The notes beneath the pieces are model-generated. The model was given only the letters and a program-made list of their open reading frames with translations, was not told where the DNA came from and did no database searches. Of a stretch of DNA of 64,000 nucleotides, positions 21,101-36,100 are shown one piece after another. How positions within the stretch are numbered: the first letter of the stretch is position 1; every line of letters begins with the position of its first letter. Made by a program: the position numbers and the translations under genes. The DNA is from Candidatus Omnitrophota bacterium. Its GTDB lineage: Bacteria; Omnitrophota; Gorgyraeia; Zapsychrales; Fredricksoniimonadaceae. The stretch is taken from positions 34,207 to 98,206 of the forward strand of contig CAILQW010000040.1 in the NCBI GenBank assembly GCA_903836515.1, in the 5' to 3' direction.

Positions 21101-24100
21101 GCGCTTGAACTGATCCATTCCTTTATACAGATCATTCTTGAAATAACGCGTAACCTGGGGCACCTTAACTTTGTTGCCGTCAGCAACCACAACCATCATG
21201 TCCGTGGTGACCTTGACCTCGACATCCTCTCCGTTGACAACCTGTTCGGCCGGGACCCATGTCCGGACCATGGGCGGCTTGTCGCTGGCCGTATCAGGAT
21301 TAACCCTGTAGTCCATGACAAGCCACTGCTGTGTTGGCTGTTCAATCGCCTCGCCCCTGTTCAAACGATCCATGATCGTCTGCTGGGACATATCCGTTGT
21401 CGGCGTGTAAACCCGCATCGTCTCCCCGCTGCCGCCGGTGGGCACCCCAATCTGCCCCGGCGCTAACTTGATATATCCAAACTCATCTTTAATGCCTTGG
21501 CCATTCTGCAAAGTAAAATCATACAGATGCATCACATTTTTGCCATCCTGACTCATCCGCAAAGCCTGCCCGCCAGCCCCATTCACACCATCCCAGATCC
21601 TCGCGATCCCGTTCTCCTGAGCAAATTCTCTGACCATATCCGCCCGCCAGTCTTCATACATCCGCTGGAGATGCTGCCCCATGGCATCACGGTTAAGCCC
21701 TTTATCCACAGAAACGCTCTGCACAAAGCTTTGCTGACTCTCCTCCTGTTGCAGCCTCTTCATGATCTGAACAAGCACTTTGAATTCTTCTGCTGTGCCT
21801 TGCACGCTTCTTAAACGATCTCTGTCCGGGTCAATCAACCGCGGATCACGGTATGCCCCGATATTCACAAAAAGCTTATAGTCGCTGGAAGTTCTGTTCG
21901 CGTTGTCTTTGATCTCGGTATACTCGCTCTTGATCGAATCACCGCGTAACATTGACTGCAGGGCTCCATACAGCGCGCGTACATTAAAATCGTAATGCGT
22001 CAAGTGCCCGTCGAATTCAAACGAAGCTCCTTCCTGGCCAGCGGACAGAAAGATGATCTTTTTACCGTCCAGACCACCTTCAACTTTACGACCAAAAGCA
22101 TCGGTCATCTCCACCCGGTTCACATCATAGTAATTCCCCTTGATATCTTTGCCGACCTTCCGTTTGAGCGCCTCAACTCCCTGGTTAAAGTTATTCGCGT
22201 CATAATGCAGAACCACAACATTTTTATCATTCTTCAACGCCTGAATATCCTGATGATCAATCGCGGCCTTGCGATCCTCCGTCAACCCTTGATTAATATA
22301 TAATACCTCAGTACTTGCCGGTCTATTAGGATCCCTAGGGGCCCTCAACCATGCCCTCACCTGCGTAGCAATATCCTCCCCCGGTGCACCCTTAACCAAC
22401 TCATGCGTCCAGTTCACATGCTCGAGCGTGATCGCCGTCCCAAATTCATGCATGTAAATGCCATACGCCTTGGCCAGATCATGCACCGGCTCCGCGGTTC
22501 CGGTCACCCCGAGCCAGCTGCCCATCAGCCCCAGGGTTTCCATCGCGGTCACCTGAACATGGTTATTGCGATCCGTCAGCCGAATAAACTCTGGCAATGA
22601 AACCGTCTTGTTTGTCTTGGCTTCATGCAAGCCCACGATCATGCGCATAAATGAATTCAAGCCGGTTTTGTCTGTGAAAACACGGTCATACGCCTCGGTT
22701 CCAGAAAGGATGTGCTGGATCGTGACCAGATCAAACGTTCCGTCAGCTTTAAAAGCCGCTCTGAACTTGTCCTTCCACAGCTCATTCTTCAGCGCCGTCG
22801 CCGCCGCATCCATAAAGATATCCCAGCGCCCATCGGCCAGTTCCGCGAATGCTTTCGCGTCATTCTTCATTTTATTCCTGAATTGTTCCTTGAAAATGTC
22901 CTGGATGCCGCTGGCTTTAGACATCTCTTCCGAAGAAACCTCACGATCCATCAAGACTATCTTGCCGTCTTTAACTTCAAAAAGTTTATCACCTGATTCA
23001 ACATTCTTAACATCAATCACCTCGCCATCCCGCATCCAGATAAACTTCTTCTCCTCGGAAGTGCGGAACTTGATATCTCCTGATCTTTCTTCCTTAATAA
23101 AGGCATCAATGACAAGAGCCATAGCGTCAGACTTTTTCCCGGCGAAAGCGTTGGCGACTTCCAGGATGGTCTGCCCCAACATCCGTCCTGTAATCTGTTC
23201 CCGCGCGCGCTCCATTAATTTTTCCGTGGTCATCTTCCGCGCCACGGCAAAGGAATCAGTGGCATCAGAGGTAATCATGGGCACCGACAATAGAATCTGA
23301 TGGATCTCATCCACCACGCCAAGATAATCCTTAAGCGGATTCACCTTGTCAGGATCACGGCTATTCTGATAATCAAGTGAAATCTTTTGCAGTTCCTGAA
23401 AAGCCAAAACAGGAACCTTGCCTTTATTCTCCGGCAATGTCAAATCTCCGGGCACTTTATATCGAAAGAATCCTTCCCGGTTACCCGCTGCTTCCGCCAG
23501 GGTGACATTGGGTTTGATATTCATCACCTCTACCCCATGCTCCCGGGCATACGGCGTAATGAGGTTGATGATATACGGCTCCATCTTCGTTTTACCGCCA
23601 GCCATGGCCAGCGACAACAAAACCCCGTCAATGCCCCAGACCACCCCATTGGCTTTCTTCTCTTCTATTCTGTCAATCAGATAAAAAATATAATTCAATT
23701 GATGAAAAACATATTTGATCTGATCCGGTCGGCGATCCCAATTTTCCTTCTCTTTCAAACCTCTCAATATCGTATCTGTATAGTCATAAAGTTTCTGATG
23801 CCTGCCTTGCAATTGAGGCGCAGGCGTCTTCCCCCTCTCTTTGTCCACAGCTTCAGCATTGTCTATCAAAATAGCCAGACTGGACGCGTCTTTCTCATTC
23901 AATTCCTTGCGTTGCACCTTGGCGTCATGATCAACGCCGGAAAGCATGGATTCCTGCCGCGTCCTGTCCGTCAGCCGGGCCGCAAAAAGACCGGCCTGAT
24001 CTTGCCCTAACGTTTTATGCAAGCTTGTCAGGATCTCCCGGGCTTTTTCCCGCATTTCTTTCTGCTCGTTAGGCTTTTCATCATATCCAAACTTCTTAGC

Positions 24101-27100
24101 TTGATCTTTAATGCCATCCCAACGTGTGCTCCCGATACCTGCCGGATTCTGAATAATCTGAACCGCATCCCTGGCCAAAGCCAGCAACTTCTGACAATCT
24201 TCTTTTTCCATGATCACCACATCACTCCCGGGATCCAATGACTCCAGTCGTTGATACAAACTTTGTAAACGTTCCGATATCTTTTCTATTCTTTTAGCCG
24301 CCCTCTCCTCATTGTCCAGTGGGCTGGACAAAACAGAATTAATGGAATTTTGAAGCTCTTGCCGGATCCTGAATATATCAACAGCCGCCTGCTCCCGAAT
24401 ACCCTCTGTTACCATTCCCTGTAACGCCGCCCGCTGATCCCGATATGTTGTCGCCTGCTGAAACTTGGCCATATACCCATCCAAGGGCTGATCTGCAAGT
24501 TCTCGCATGGCCTCCAATCTAACCGCATACGATGATTCTTGTTTAGCACGTTCCAGATGCTCCACTGCGCTGTCCCGATGTTTATCAGCTGTATCAGGTT
24601 CCCTCTGAAAATCATATTCTTGTCCCACAAGCCTTTCCAAAATACCACTATATAAGGACAACAATCCTGTTGGATCTTTGTACTTATTAATGTCTGTCTT
24701 GATAGCCTCAATATTCTGCTTTAACAACTCAATACGCCCTTTACTCACATCCTTCCTGGCACCCTCATTATCCAACTTCTTTTCTTCAAGCTTAATATCA
24801 TTCTGGTGCATGGCGGAGCCATTGCGCTCCATCTGCGCTGCCATAAAAAGACTTCGGACAACTTCCTGCTGGCCGGGATCCTTCACCAACGCTACCATGT
24901 CATCGATCAGTGTCTTTGAAGAATCTTCTGTCTTTGCAGAATTCTCGGTCTTTTTTTGTTCGGACAAATCCTTTTGAGCCCACAAATTCTCAAGCTGCTT
25001 GACCCCACTCCTGACAAACCATTCCGTTGCCGCAATCTGGTCCCGGGTCAATTGCTTCCCAACTTCCACCATCAATGCTTTTTCTGCCTCATGGATACGC
25101 TGGTCGATTAACGACGCATTAGCATCCTTCTCTTTTTCTCGTTCTTCTTTCAACGCTTTCCATTCAGCCACTTGTTTGGGAAACTGCTGTAAAATCGTGT
25201 TCATTAAAATTTCATCAGCTCCAAAATGCAGCGTCGCCCTGTCTTCTTTTGATAATTGGGAATACTCTTTCTTTAAATAATTTTCTACCAATCCAGACCA
25301 CCGGGTATTATCTAAATTAGCTGTTGCAACATCAACCTTGGCTTGCAGATCACTTATTCTGTTTAATTGCGCCTCTTCCTGTTTGGCCTTGGCCTCCAGG
25401 CTCGACACAAACTCCCCATACGCCCTCTCTCCCAATAATTCTCTGGCCTTTGCTTTGGCTTTCGGAGATGCCTTCATTTGCTCCTGCATTTTTACATAAG
25501 ATTCATTCTTTAAAATTTCCTGCAGTGTATATAAAATGGCATCTTCAGGAGAAACAGCCTTCTTGATATTCTTAGTACTATCTTTGTCAGTATTCTCCTC
25601 GGATGAAACGCTATCTTTTGTGTTCTGGCTCTTTGAATTCTTTTTGCCTTCCACCTCTCTGGCTGTTGTCACTTTTTCTTCAAGTGACGTCTTTACCGGA
25701 ACACTCTGCCGGATCTCCCCCAAATCATTCTTCGCCGCATCAAGCTCAGCCTTCGCCTGACGCTCAGGAGCCTTAAGCCGAACCACCTTCGCCGCATTCC
25801 CATATTTATTAACTACCAAATCCATCATATCCTCTGCCAGCTCAGCCCGTCTTTGAGATATCTGAGTGATCGAAGAGGATAATTCTTTTAAAAATGATTG
25901 GGTTTCAGTTGGGGAAAAATCAGACGTCTCGGAAGAAATTCTCATGCGCGAGGAAGATTCATTGGCGCTGCCGGTATCCTGCGTTTTGGGCGGCGCCTGG
26001 GCAGCATGTTCTTGCCCAACCTGAGGACGCACCTGATCAAAAGCAGAATCCAAAAGGGGTGTCAGTTCTTTAATGACACCCTCGATCATAGTACTCTCTT
26101 CAGCACCCACCCCTTTGGATTTCACATACTGTTGAGCAAGATCCCGCAATACTTTTGTATTCTGAATTTCTTTCCAATCCCTGGCCATCTCGCGCGTTAT
26201 ATTGTTCTTTCCCTCTGATGCGCCTCCGGCAAGATCATGCGAAACAGATTCTTGAACCAATTGAGTAAACCAGCGCAGGACTTTTTCTTTGCCTGTAATT
26301 TCAACATCAAGATCATTTATTGCCTTTAATTCCACATCGGTTTTCTTATTCTTGCTCTCCAGGGTGTTACGTTTTGCTTGAAGTTGCACGATCTGCGCGC
26401 TGTCGGCCTGTATCTTCCGCTCTGCGAGCGCACGGCCTTGATAATGTTCAGCCCGGGCAACAGCATCACCCTTCTCTTGCTCCAAACGCTCAACGTTCCG
26501 CTGAGCCCGCACTACCTCTTCGTACTCAGGCCCTGCCTGCCGTGACACATCCTTATTTCCTGGAGCAGAAATTTTTTCTACGTCTATCCCGGCTTGCTTG
26601 GCTTTTTCAACTTTTGCATTCAATTCATGCAAGGCCAAGATGCGTTCCGCATCCACGCGTTTGAGATCCGCATCCGCTTTGGCCGCTTGATAATCCTTGA
26701 TCGCCAGTGTTTTTTGATCGGGCGTCTTTGCGGCAGCACGCGCGATCTGTGCCTGACGCGTCAACACCAAACTTTCATTGACTTCAACCAGCCTTGCCTG
26801 CTTAGCGCTCAACTCCTTCGCCAGATCAACAGGATCCTTGCTAATTTTTTGCAAACCATCCAGTAATCCATTAACGGTGGGTTGCTCCGACACAACCTGC
26901 GGCGATTTTTTCGAAACATCGGAATTCGGCGCCTCAATTCTCACAACAGCTTTAAAATTGATAAGATCCATCAATAACTGTGCCCGTTCTGCAATCAAAT
27001 CCGTTAATTCTTTATTAACCGGCGCATCTTTCTTGCTGGATATGGCTTCCATATTCTTGACCAACTTCTGCGCGGTATCAATGGAAGCATTTAATCGTGT

Positions 27101-30100
27101 GATATTTTCAGGCAATAAAGCTGTAAGCACACCCTTGCGCGCCTCAAGCTTACTTAATATTTCCCCTATTTTAGGAGCTTTAACCGGATCATTCGAAACA
27201 GAATCAAACCTTTGTTGAAACTTATCGATCAGATTATCTATCTTGTCAATTCTTTCCCGAATGATCGGCTCCGCCATGTGTGCCCCGGCTTCATTGATCC
27301 TGGCGTCCAAGACAGAGCTTTTCGCCTCGAGTTTCGCGTAGACTGGCGATTCTTTTGCATCTGAAAAACTGGCCATCTGCTGCTTGACCTCTCGATGTTC
27401 TTGCTGCAGCAACCCCATTTGTTGCTTTTGCAAATCGAAAATCTTGGGATCACTCTGATCCCTGCCTTCCCGCCAGGCAATTTCCTTTTCAATATTTTTA
27501 TGCTGGGCATCACGCGCCGCCCCAGGATTGGCGCCAGGGAAAAAAGCCAGCGAATAAAATGCTATTGCATCGGCTGTGTCGCGATCAACTCCCAGGCTCG
27601 TAAGCCCTGCCTTAACCACAGCCAGTTTCGAGGCCGTCGTGGGGATGGTATGCGCCCAAGGGTGGGACAACACCATTTCCAGCGGCCCGCCGCCGGAAAT
27701 GCCAAACGGGCGCGATGTCACGCCCAGCATGGGCCCCAGGGTCATGCCCATCTTAAAGCCGCTGGCCATGCTGGCAATGGACGCATTCCAAAGGCCTTCC
27801 TTACCCGTAGGCCCAAACACCGCTTTACGCGCCTCACTCCAATTTTCCTTATCCGGCTTACCACCTACTATCCCTAAAGAATACTTTGCTTTATTGAGAA
27901 GGTACTCTATGCCTGCCGTAGCACCATTGAACGCCGGCATGGTCCAAGCAAAATCAGCACCGCTGATCAACCCGGTCTTCCAGATAAGATCAGGATTCCT
28001 GGCGAAGGCTTGAAGTGATACGCGTTCTTCGGAAATTCCCAGCACTGCCCTGGCCTTAAGCATGCCGACATCCCGCCAGCCCTTCATAGCCAAAGCGTTC
28101 GCTGCGCCAAAAAGAGCATATCCGCCAGCTTTTTCCCAATTAATATCACGACCGGTCATCACATCATCAAACATGGAAAAACCGCCTCCGATCGACCCGC
28201 CAACCAACGCGTGTCTGACATAGGCCGCACGAGGTGCCCCCGACCACCATTGTGCTAAAGATGACGGCCGAACACCTGCAACTTGCAATGGGCCAGGTCT
28301 CAACAAAGCACCCTCTTCCCTTAAAACCTTCCATTCATTGCCAAGAGACTTGACTGTCTCAAAATTCTTTATTTTTTCTCCCAATTTCACGGTCATCTTT
28401 TCCGTAGAATTCAAAACAGGTGTCAACTCCACTTTATTCTCGGCAACTATAAAATTCAGCCATTTCCCGCTGGTGGCGAACATGCTCCCGCCCAACGCGC
28501 CAGCGGTAACACGTAGAATGGTTTTCTGAAGCCCGTTATTGTCAACATGCTGTGATGATTGACCATAATAATCGCGGAACTGCCCCCCCATCAAAGATCC
28601 CCCAGTATAAGCAATCGCATTACTGATGCGATGGGCAACAACATTTTCCGGGTTCAAAACGAACTCGTGATACGCCTTATTCATTCCTTTAAACTCACCC
28701 CCATTGATCTTTAACCCCTTCAGGCCACCATAAACACTACCGATCACATCACCCACCACAAAATCCACTATGCCACGACGCCATGTCCAGGCCTTCTCCC
28801 CAGGCATTGTGCTTTCCAAATAGCCATTAAACGTATTAATTATCCCCATCTGCACACCCGAGATCTTGGCAGGATTAAGCATTAGCCTGGCCCCGAATGC
28901 TTTTGCTCCGGTTCCTTCAGCGGTCTTGGCTAATGCCGCACCCCACCGTTCCATGCCCAACGCCGTAGCTCCCATAGCTGTGGCGCCAAAAGCCAACTGA
29001 AATTGCCCCCCAGTTCTCCCCCAGGAGAGCCCATTCGCTACGGCCCGATCGTAACTGACGGGATTTCCAGTTAAAAGATCCTGCCCCACAGAAACGACCG
29101 TCCCTGCAGCGAAATCAGCAGCTATAGCTCGCCCGACGGGAACCAGCCATTTGGTCATGGCTCCGGCCCCACTAATAGACCGCGTTCCCATGGAGACCGC
29201 TTTAGTGGCTGCCAGAAACAGGAATGGTGTTGAAACAACATCGAACGTGGTCCATCGTCCTGGATCAACAACACCTGCAATGGCACTCATTTGATTGTCT
29301 TTCAACCAACGGCCAACACCTGTGGTTTGTCCCAACACAGCTGTTGTAAACGGTGTATTAAGTTCTCCCTCTTTTTTTAAATTTAAATCTTTATTATTTA
29401 CTTGATAATAATAACCATCTGGCATTTTTATTGTTGAACCATTGGCTACAGATTGCATTGTTCCGGTAGAATAATCTAAAGACCAAACGGCTTGAGTTCT
29501 AGCGCTCATACGATTTTGTAAATTCATCGCCAATGTTGTGTATTCAATAGGTTTAAAAACCTGATCGTATGGCACTGTGTTTTTTAATGACGCACCGAAA
29601 TCAATTGTTCCGTTCTTATTGAGAAAAATTTTAGTGCTAATATTTTCTAAATTAGATGGTATGGCTCGTGTATTATCAGCAGAAAATACACGGTTTCTTG
29701 ATAACCCTGAGACACCCTCAACTCTTTTAAATATCCCTCCTATTTTTAACACTTTTTCGAACGGCACAATAAATCCTGCAATGCCTTCTTTTATACCCTG
29801 AAAATCTGTCGCCTCTTTAGGCCTTAATGTCTTAATATCTAATTGCCGTACTTGTACAACCTGCGGTCGCCCTGTATTCGGATCATATTTCCCAAACTCA
29901 ACGCTACCTGCCTGAACAATCTTTCCTGTCGTATCTTTCTTTTTAAGAATAACTTCTGTTGATACTTCTTCATTAAATATTAACTTATTTACAATCTTTT
30001 CTCCCAAGACATATGGATTCAAATACATGGAGAAATTCGTGACCGGATTTGAAAAAAGAGACAAAACATCTCCGAAATCAAATTTCTTTGAAATCTTGGT

Positions 30101-33100
30101 TCTGGATGTCGCATCAAATTCTTTTCCTGTAAAATCATTTGAATTCAGCGTTACTTCTTCAAAATTTCTGACAGATCGCACATTCTTTGTATTATACAAA
30201 TCAATAATTTTTAATTCCCAACCATCTTTCTTGACTAAATACCGCCCAGCGATCGGTTCAGCCGTGAGACTGTCTTCCTGCTTCCATTGCTTCCCGTTCA
30301 CTTTGACAATATTATATTTATCCTCTCCGTCCTTCCCTGCAGTAACATCATACGTCACATTCCCGTCAAAATAATGCGTTGTAACCCGCTTACTACCCGT
30401 CCCGGATTCTGTTAACGTCAACGGCTGTAACAACGACCAGAACTGGCCAACTCCCTGATAAACCAGCGGCATTTTAGTGGCATTCACCAGCATAACATCC
30501 TCTTTCATGCTGGCAACATTGCCGCGGGCAAGAACCTCTCCTTTGCCGCTCCCAGTGATCTTATCATTCGCCGGTACAACAATTTGCCCATCGATCATCA
30601 TGGACGCGCCGCCCAGTGAATTCATTCCCCATCCATTAACTTGAGCATTGTACAGTTTTCGTTGAAAAGCCGTTTGAATGTTCCCGGTAACCACAAGGCC
30701 CGTCAACCCTTGAGGAAGATCGCCTCCAAACACAACTGAACCATCCTTATTGACCCGACTCCACCCTGTCATGTTCAGGTTATAATGCATCCAAATACCA
30801 GTAAAAGGTGTTTGTTGCGCAGGGAATGCGCCCGAAATAGAGGCTCCGCCCCCTATATTCATCAGCGTTGACCCTGATTGTTTATTGTTTATATTGTTCA
30901 CGATCATATGATCCAGCCCAAAGAACGACCTCGAACCATTGGGCATATTAATAACCCCCATGAACGCACCCGGCATATCAGAACCAAACTTCTGGAAAGA
31001 ATCCAGCGTCACAACCCCACCACCCGGAGTCTGGATGTGTGAAGTCTGTCGTGAATTCACAAGATTTGTCGTAGAAAGCCCGTCCATAACAACGACACTG
31101 GCAGCATTGGGATTAAAATGCATAAAAGGGTCATTCGCAGATTTTGTGAACTCAAAATAAGAATTATTAAGGGCTTGCTGATATGTATTCAATTGACCCT
31201 CAGGATCTACGCCCCCCTCATTATAAAGCCCCTTAATATGTTTTGTCTGATATGCATACCCCTTTTCCCCTTCAAGAAATGTGTTCCCATAAATATAATG
31301 TGAGATCGCTGCATCAAACTTTTTCCCTTCCGTTAAAACACCTTCTCTAAAACCGGTTGTGGCTAGAATGATCTGCTGATTCATGCCTAGTCGATCAAGT
31401 TCTTGTGATGTATATGTCCTTATCCCTTGTGGACTAAAGGCCCAAATGTTCGGTTCAGTAGCCGTTCCACTACCAGCACCATCTTTCTTGTTCAAAGGTG
31501 AATTATCCCTGGGATCCCAAGTCAAAGATTCCTTTGGCTTGTTTTCCGTTCTAAGCTTAAGATCCAGCCCTTTTCCAATCCAGGTAAAGCTGGCCATGTT
31601 GATCCAGGCCCCGTTTGCCTGACGGATCTTGCCGCTCACACTGATGTATTTATCAAGTCCATTGCGACTATTAACATCCATGTAAAGCCCGCGTTTCACC
31701 GCAGCCGGGCTCAACATGATCTTCACGGCCTGCTCCTTACCGATCTCTCCATCTTTACCTGGATCCCCGTTATACCCCTGGGACAACTCCGCGGCCAGGC
31801 GCTGAATGCCGCCCCAATACTGGCCTGTCCTGAAAATCGAAGCGTGGGTGAGCTTGTTGCCCGTCGTCAAATTCTGCTCATACCACGTCCTGTCGCCCAC
31901 ATAAAGCGAGCCCGTATCCGTGATATGGAGATGAATATCCTTGGCCCCAAAGCCGCGATAAAGCTTGGGTGAAAAAACAAGATTGGTTGTGGGATCAAGA
32001 TGATAGGGTGTCTTGTTAAACTGCTGCGTTTTTTCATTAAACTCGCCGGAATAAATATAGTGAACGCTGGTGAGCAACGGCGTCATCTGGCCGCTAAAAG
32101 GGTCGTCGGCCGTGAACGCGACCTGGCCGTTAAATTCTGTGGAACCATGACCGGATTTCTTGTACAAGAAAACCTTGCGCACAGGATTATTCTGGTCGCC
32201 TTCCGTCCCGTAACTTTTCTGATCATACAACTTAAGGGTTGATTGCGGATCTTTGATCGACCCCATGGTCCCGCTTTTTTTGCTATCGGATTTGGCACCC
32301 AGAAGAGATTCCGAATAGAATGTAATATCCTCCGATTTATCCTTGGCTGTGAACAAAAGCTCCAACCCGGGAAGATAAACACCGTCCTTCTGCCGCACCT
32401 TGAAGGCAACATTAAGTTCTTTCGTACTCAGCTCGACTGGTTTGCCATCAAAATCCCATTTTTCCCCCTTCACCCCCTCGATCGTGCCATTACCCCTGCC
32501 CTCGACCAGCGGCGACATGGTCCAGCCGGAATTCTCATTAAAATAAGATTTACTGATATCTGTCCCGACGGAATTGACCGCGCCAAAGGAAACATCCCCC
32601 CGCGCAACACCTTCGCCCTTAAAACCGTTGTGCTCATCTTGATATATTTCTTCAATCTTTGCCCCATCAAGATATCCCATGACCGGCTGACCGGATTGAA
32701 TATTCCCATGCGACGCGTCTGCCACCTTAAAAGGACGGGTATAGACTTCAGGTTTGCCATTGGTTGTGTCGAGGATCAGATTCCGGGCAAAGCGCTCATC
32801 CCCCACGCGCCCGGCTGTATCCAAATATTCAAATACGCCCTTGGTGGCCTGGATATTGGACTCTGCCAGGAAAGCAAGCTGGCCTTTTTCCTGAAACTTT
32901 TGCGTTCCATCATTATTGTACCCAACAAGGTCCTTGGCCGCAAAAGCCTCAACCAGCGGATTCCCATTCTTGGCATACGACAAATTAACGTACGATGCGC
33001 CCGCCCCGGCTGTCTGGCCATTAAGGCTCCAGCGCCCATCTGTATCAAGACCAAGAACCCCTGGATTAAGTTGCGCATACCCGTAAAGAGCGCCAAAAGA

Positions 33101-36100
33101 ATCCGGCATCAACTGCCGTTGCGCCACGGTATTATTTAAAACAGGTTCGCCCTCCCCATTAGGAAGTAACGGCGAAGCGAATTGTTTCGGCAATGCCTGG
33201 ATTTCACGCGAATCCCCCATGGTGTAAAGCTCGCCGCGGGCATACTCCAGCTCTGGCGTTTTAATATAATTGCCTTTTAAAGAATCATTTAAATGCTGTT
33301 GCCATGAATTGGCCACTGTAATCGAAGACCCTGTGTTTTGGTCTTGCGCTGTTCCCGTATTCCACAACGGGGAACCCGACGAAGTGTCCCCTAGCACTGT
33401 GCCGTAGGCTAAAGGTGACCCAAGTCCCGTTTTACGATCTGCCGATGTGCCTAAATGAAAATCTTCGAAAGACGTTGTCTCGGGATTTGTAACCAATACA
33501 TTGGATGAACTGCGCGGAACCCAGGTCGTTGTGGTTACTTCTTTCCCACCCAAGACAATCCCTGTTTTTGCGTACGTCGCTTCACCTATAACCGGAGCCC
33601 TGCCGCGGCTAAAACCATAAAAAGATGTGTTCAGACCATCCAACAACAAAACATCCTTTTTACCCTCAGGAGTCATCGCGACAATCTGACCACGATCCAA
33701 CGTTTTTCCCGTAAAATCCTTGGTATACGATAGATTGAAATCCCCCACATCTTCCGCCAGACCCACAATCCGCGCCAGGCCGGAAACGCCTCCGGTGCGG
33801 CCGCCACTGACTTGAAACTGCGTGGCATGACCAGCGGCATCCCGTTGCCAAGAGCCCTGGTATTGAACATTCGTAACGGGATTCTGCGCGGTAAATGCCG
33901 TACCGCCGCCAACATTGTCGTCGGTGAGCGTCACAAGATAATATGGATTGCCGGAATTCAGCGAGCGGAACCTGTTGCGTGTTATGGCCTTGGTATCAAG
34001 AACGCCTTGACCATCCTGATTCATCAAGCCGCTCACATTATCAACCTGAACGGGGCGATTAGCCTCAGGCAAAGCCTCCAGTTGCGCAAAAGCCCGGTAG
34101 GTAAAACCAAGATTCGTGTAAATCTTGCGTGCAAGGCTGTCGCTCTGAACCGAAGCCAGGTAACCCGACGCCACATTTTCAAACCCGCGCTGCGTATTGC
34201 TCACAATGCCTTTCTGCGCCATCGAAGCAATGTAACTGCTGCTGATCATGCCGGGATCGATCGAATCAAAAGTTGTCGCCAGCAATTGCGCATATAACAC
34301 ATCCCCGGCCAGCGCCCCGGGCTGCAGGGGATCCTTAGCATGGGTGACAGCCATTTTCGCATTGTCTACCTGCAAGGTATCCCATTGTTTCTTCATTGAT
34401 AACGCCCATTCCGGCGTAAACCCGGTGATTTGATCCAACGTTGAGATCGCCAAACTCGCCGCCGCCATGCGTTCAGGCGCTTCCCGCCTGGTATCGGCAA
34501 AAGTACTCATGGCACTGGTTCCCCAGAAATCCGCCTGAAACTTCTGATTACTATCCCAAAATTCCTGTGTAGTCGCATTCATAAACCGGCTCAAAGGGCT
34601 GAGGCTGATACCGACATTAGGATCGTAGGCATCACTGGTATTGGCTATCCCATAAGCACTCGAACGCCCGGTGTTGGTATCGTTAAAATTAAAACTGGGT
34701 TGTGCAGGATCTTGCCCTGAAAAATTGGAACTATACCCCACAAAGCCCCGCGCCTTGGCGCTTTCCTCAATATCCTTGCCAGGGCTGAACAACGCATCCG
34801 CACCTGCCAAAAGGGCCCCCGAAAGAATCGCTGATGCTTCAAACACAATCATGTTCCGCTGGGCCTGCGCCGCCTGCTCATTATGGGACAAATTCTTCTG
34901 ATCAGATGTCACGGCCAACGTAATCAAGGTTGTCACCGCGGCCTGGCCAACCGTTTTAAAGAAAGGAGCAGCTTCATTTTCTTGTTTTTGCACCAGCGCT
35001 CCCAGCGTGCGCGCATCCTCGGAACTTAAATTTATTAATAAATTTTTCTGTTCTGGCGTTGCGTTTTCACCAGCCTTCAAGGCAGCAGCCGCCTTGAGGT
35101 TCGCCTGCATAAATTTTTCCTCAGCCTGTGAAAACGGAGACACCCCCACCCAATTCCCCACCATGCCCCCCATCTGCTTGCCAAACAGCCCAAGGACCTG
35201 CGATCTGGCATTGGCGTCTTTATCATTTTCTTCTCTGAACCCGTTGGCCGCGTAACGCACCACCGCAGAAATGGCATCGCCGATCACCGCTTTACGAAAA
35301 CCCGCGCTTGTAAATGCATCCTTGGGAGATAACGCTTTACCCTCGGGATTCAATATGGTCTTGGGATTCATAAACTCGGAAAAAGACATGGCCGGCCTTT
35401 TCTCCGCAGAAGATGAACTATCCTTTATGGAAGAACGACTATTCGTTGTAGAAGGCGAACTCAGCGCCGCGACAATCTGGCTCGCCGCCACATTCGTTCC
35501 ATAATCAATGACAGATGACGCAACCGCGTAACAAAAGCTCTTGGCAATAGCCTGGTTATCACCCCACACATGATCCAGCCACTTGGAAACCTCATACATG
35601 GCCAACCCTCTGACCGCGCCGACGATCGCGCCGGTCGCCGCGGCTTTGGCTATTTCACCCACGCTTAACGCCACGGTCTGCGTGGCGGCGTTCTCAAGTG
35701 CCGTTTGCAGTCCTGCACTAGTTAGATCTTCACCCAGGGCTGTAGCAGTACTCTTAATCTCATCCATTGCTGGATTCTGTCCCGCCTTGGCGGCTCCTTG
35801 GGCATAATTGTACCCGTACGTCAATGCCGCATTTAACGCCGTGGTTAAAATAAAAGCTGTCTTGGCACTGCAATTCCCGGTAACGTAACACGCAGACCCA
35901 ACAGCTTGGGAAAACTGCGATGCTCCAAGGGCAAACGCGGCATCAAAACAGTTTCCGCCCAGCAAGAGCGTCGCTCCTATTTGAATACCAACCTGAAGCG
36001 CAATCTGCCCCAATGTCACCAGGCCCGGCAAATCACTGGATCTGTTACGCCAGTGGTCACCCCAAACAAAGGCCTGCATGGCCTCAGGCACACGCGTGAA

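Noticed and set aside
22600-23700. Annotating the ATPase region as a bona fide secA gene.
   Set aside because: It is an internal segment of a 7270-aa protein with only local motif resemblance (Walker A/B neighbourhood). The housekeeping SecA architecture (PPXD, HSD, HWD, C-terminal Zn finger) is not evident.
15506-33139. Numerous plus-strand ORFs of 60-300 aa overlapping the giant gene (e.g. 15506..16327, 22566..23300, 32243..33139, 33812..34297).
   Set aside because: They are antisense shadow ORFs in high-GC coding DNA. Their translations are low-complexity Arg/Pro/His-rich with no motifs. The opposite strand carries a continuous 7270-codon frame with recognisable domains.
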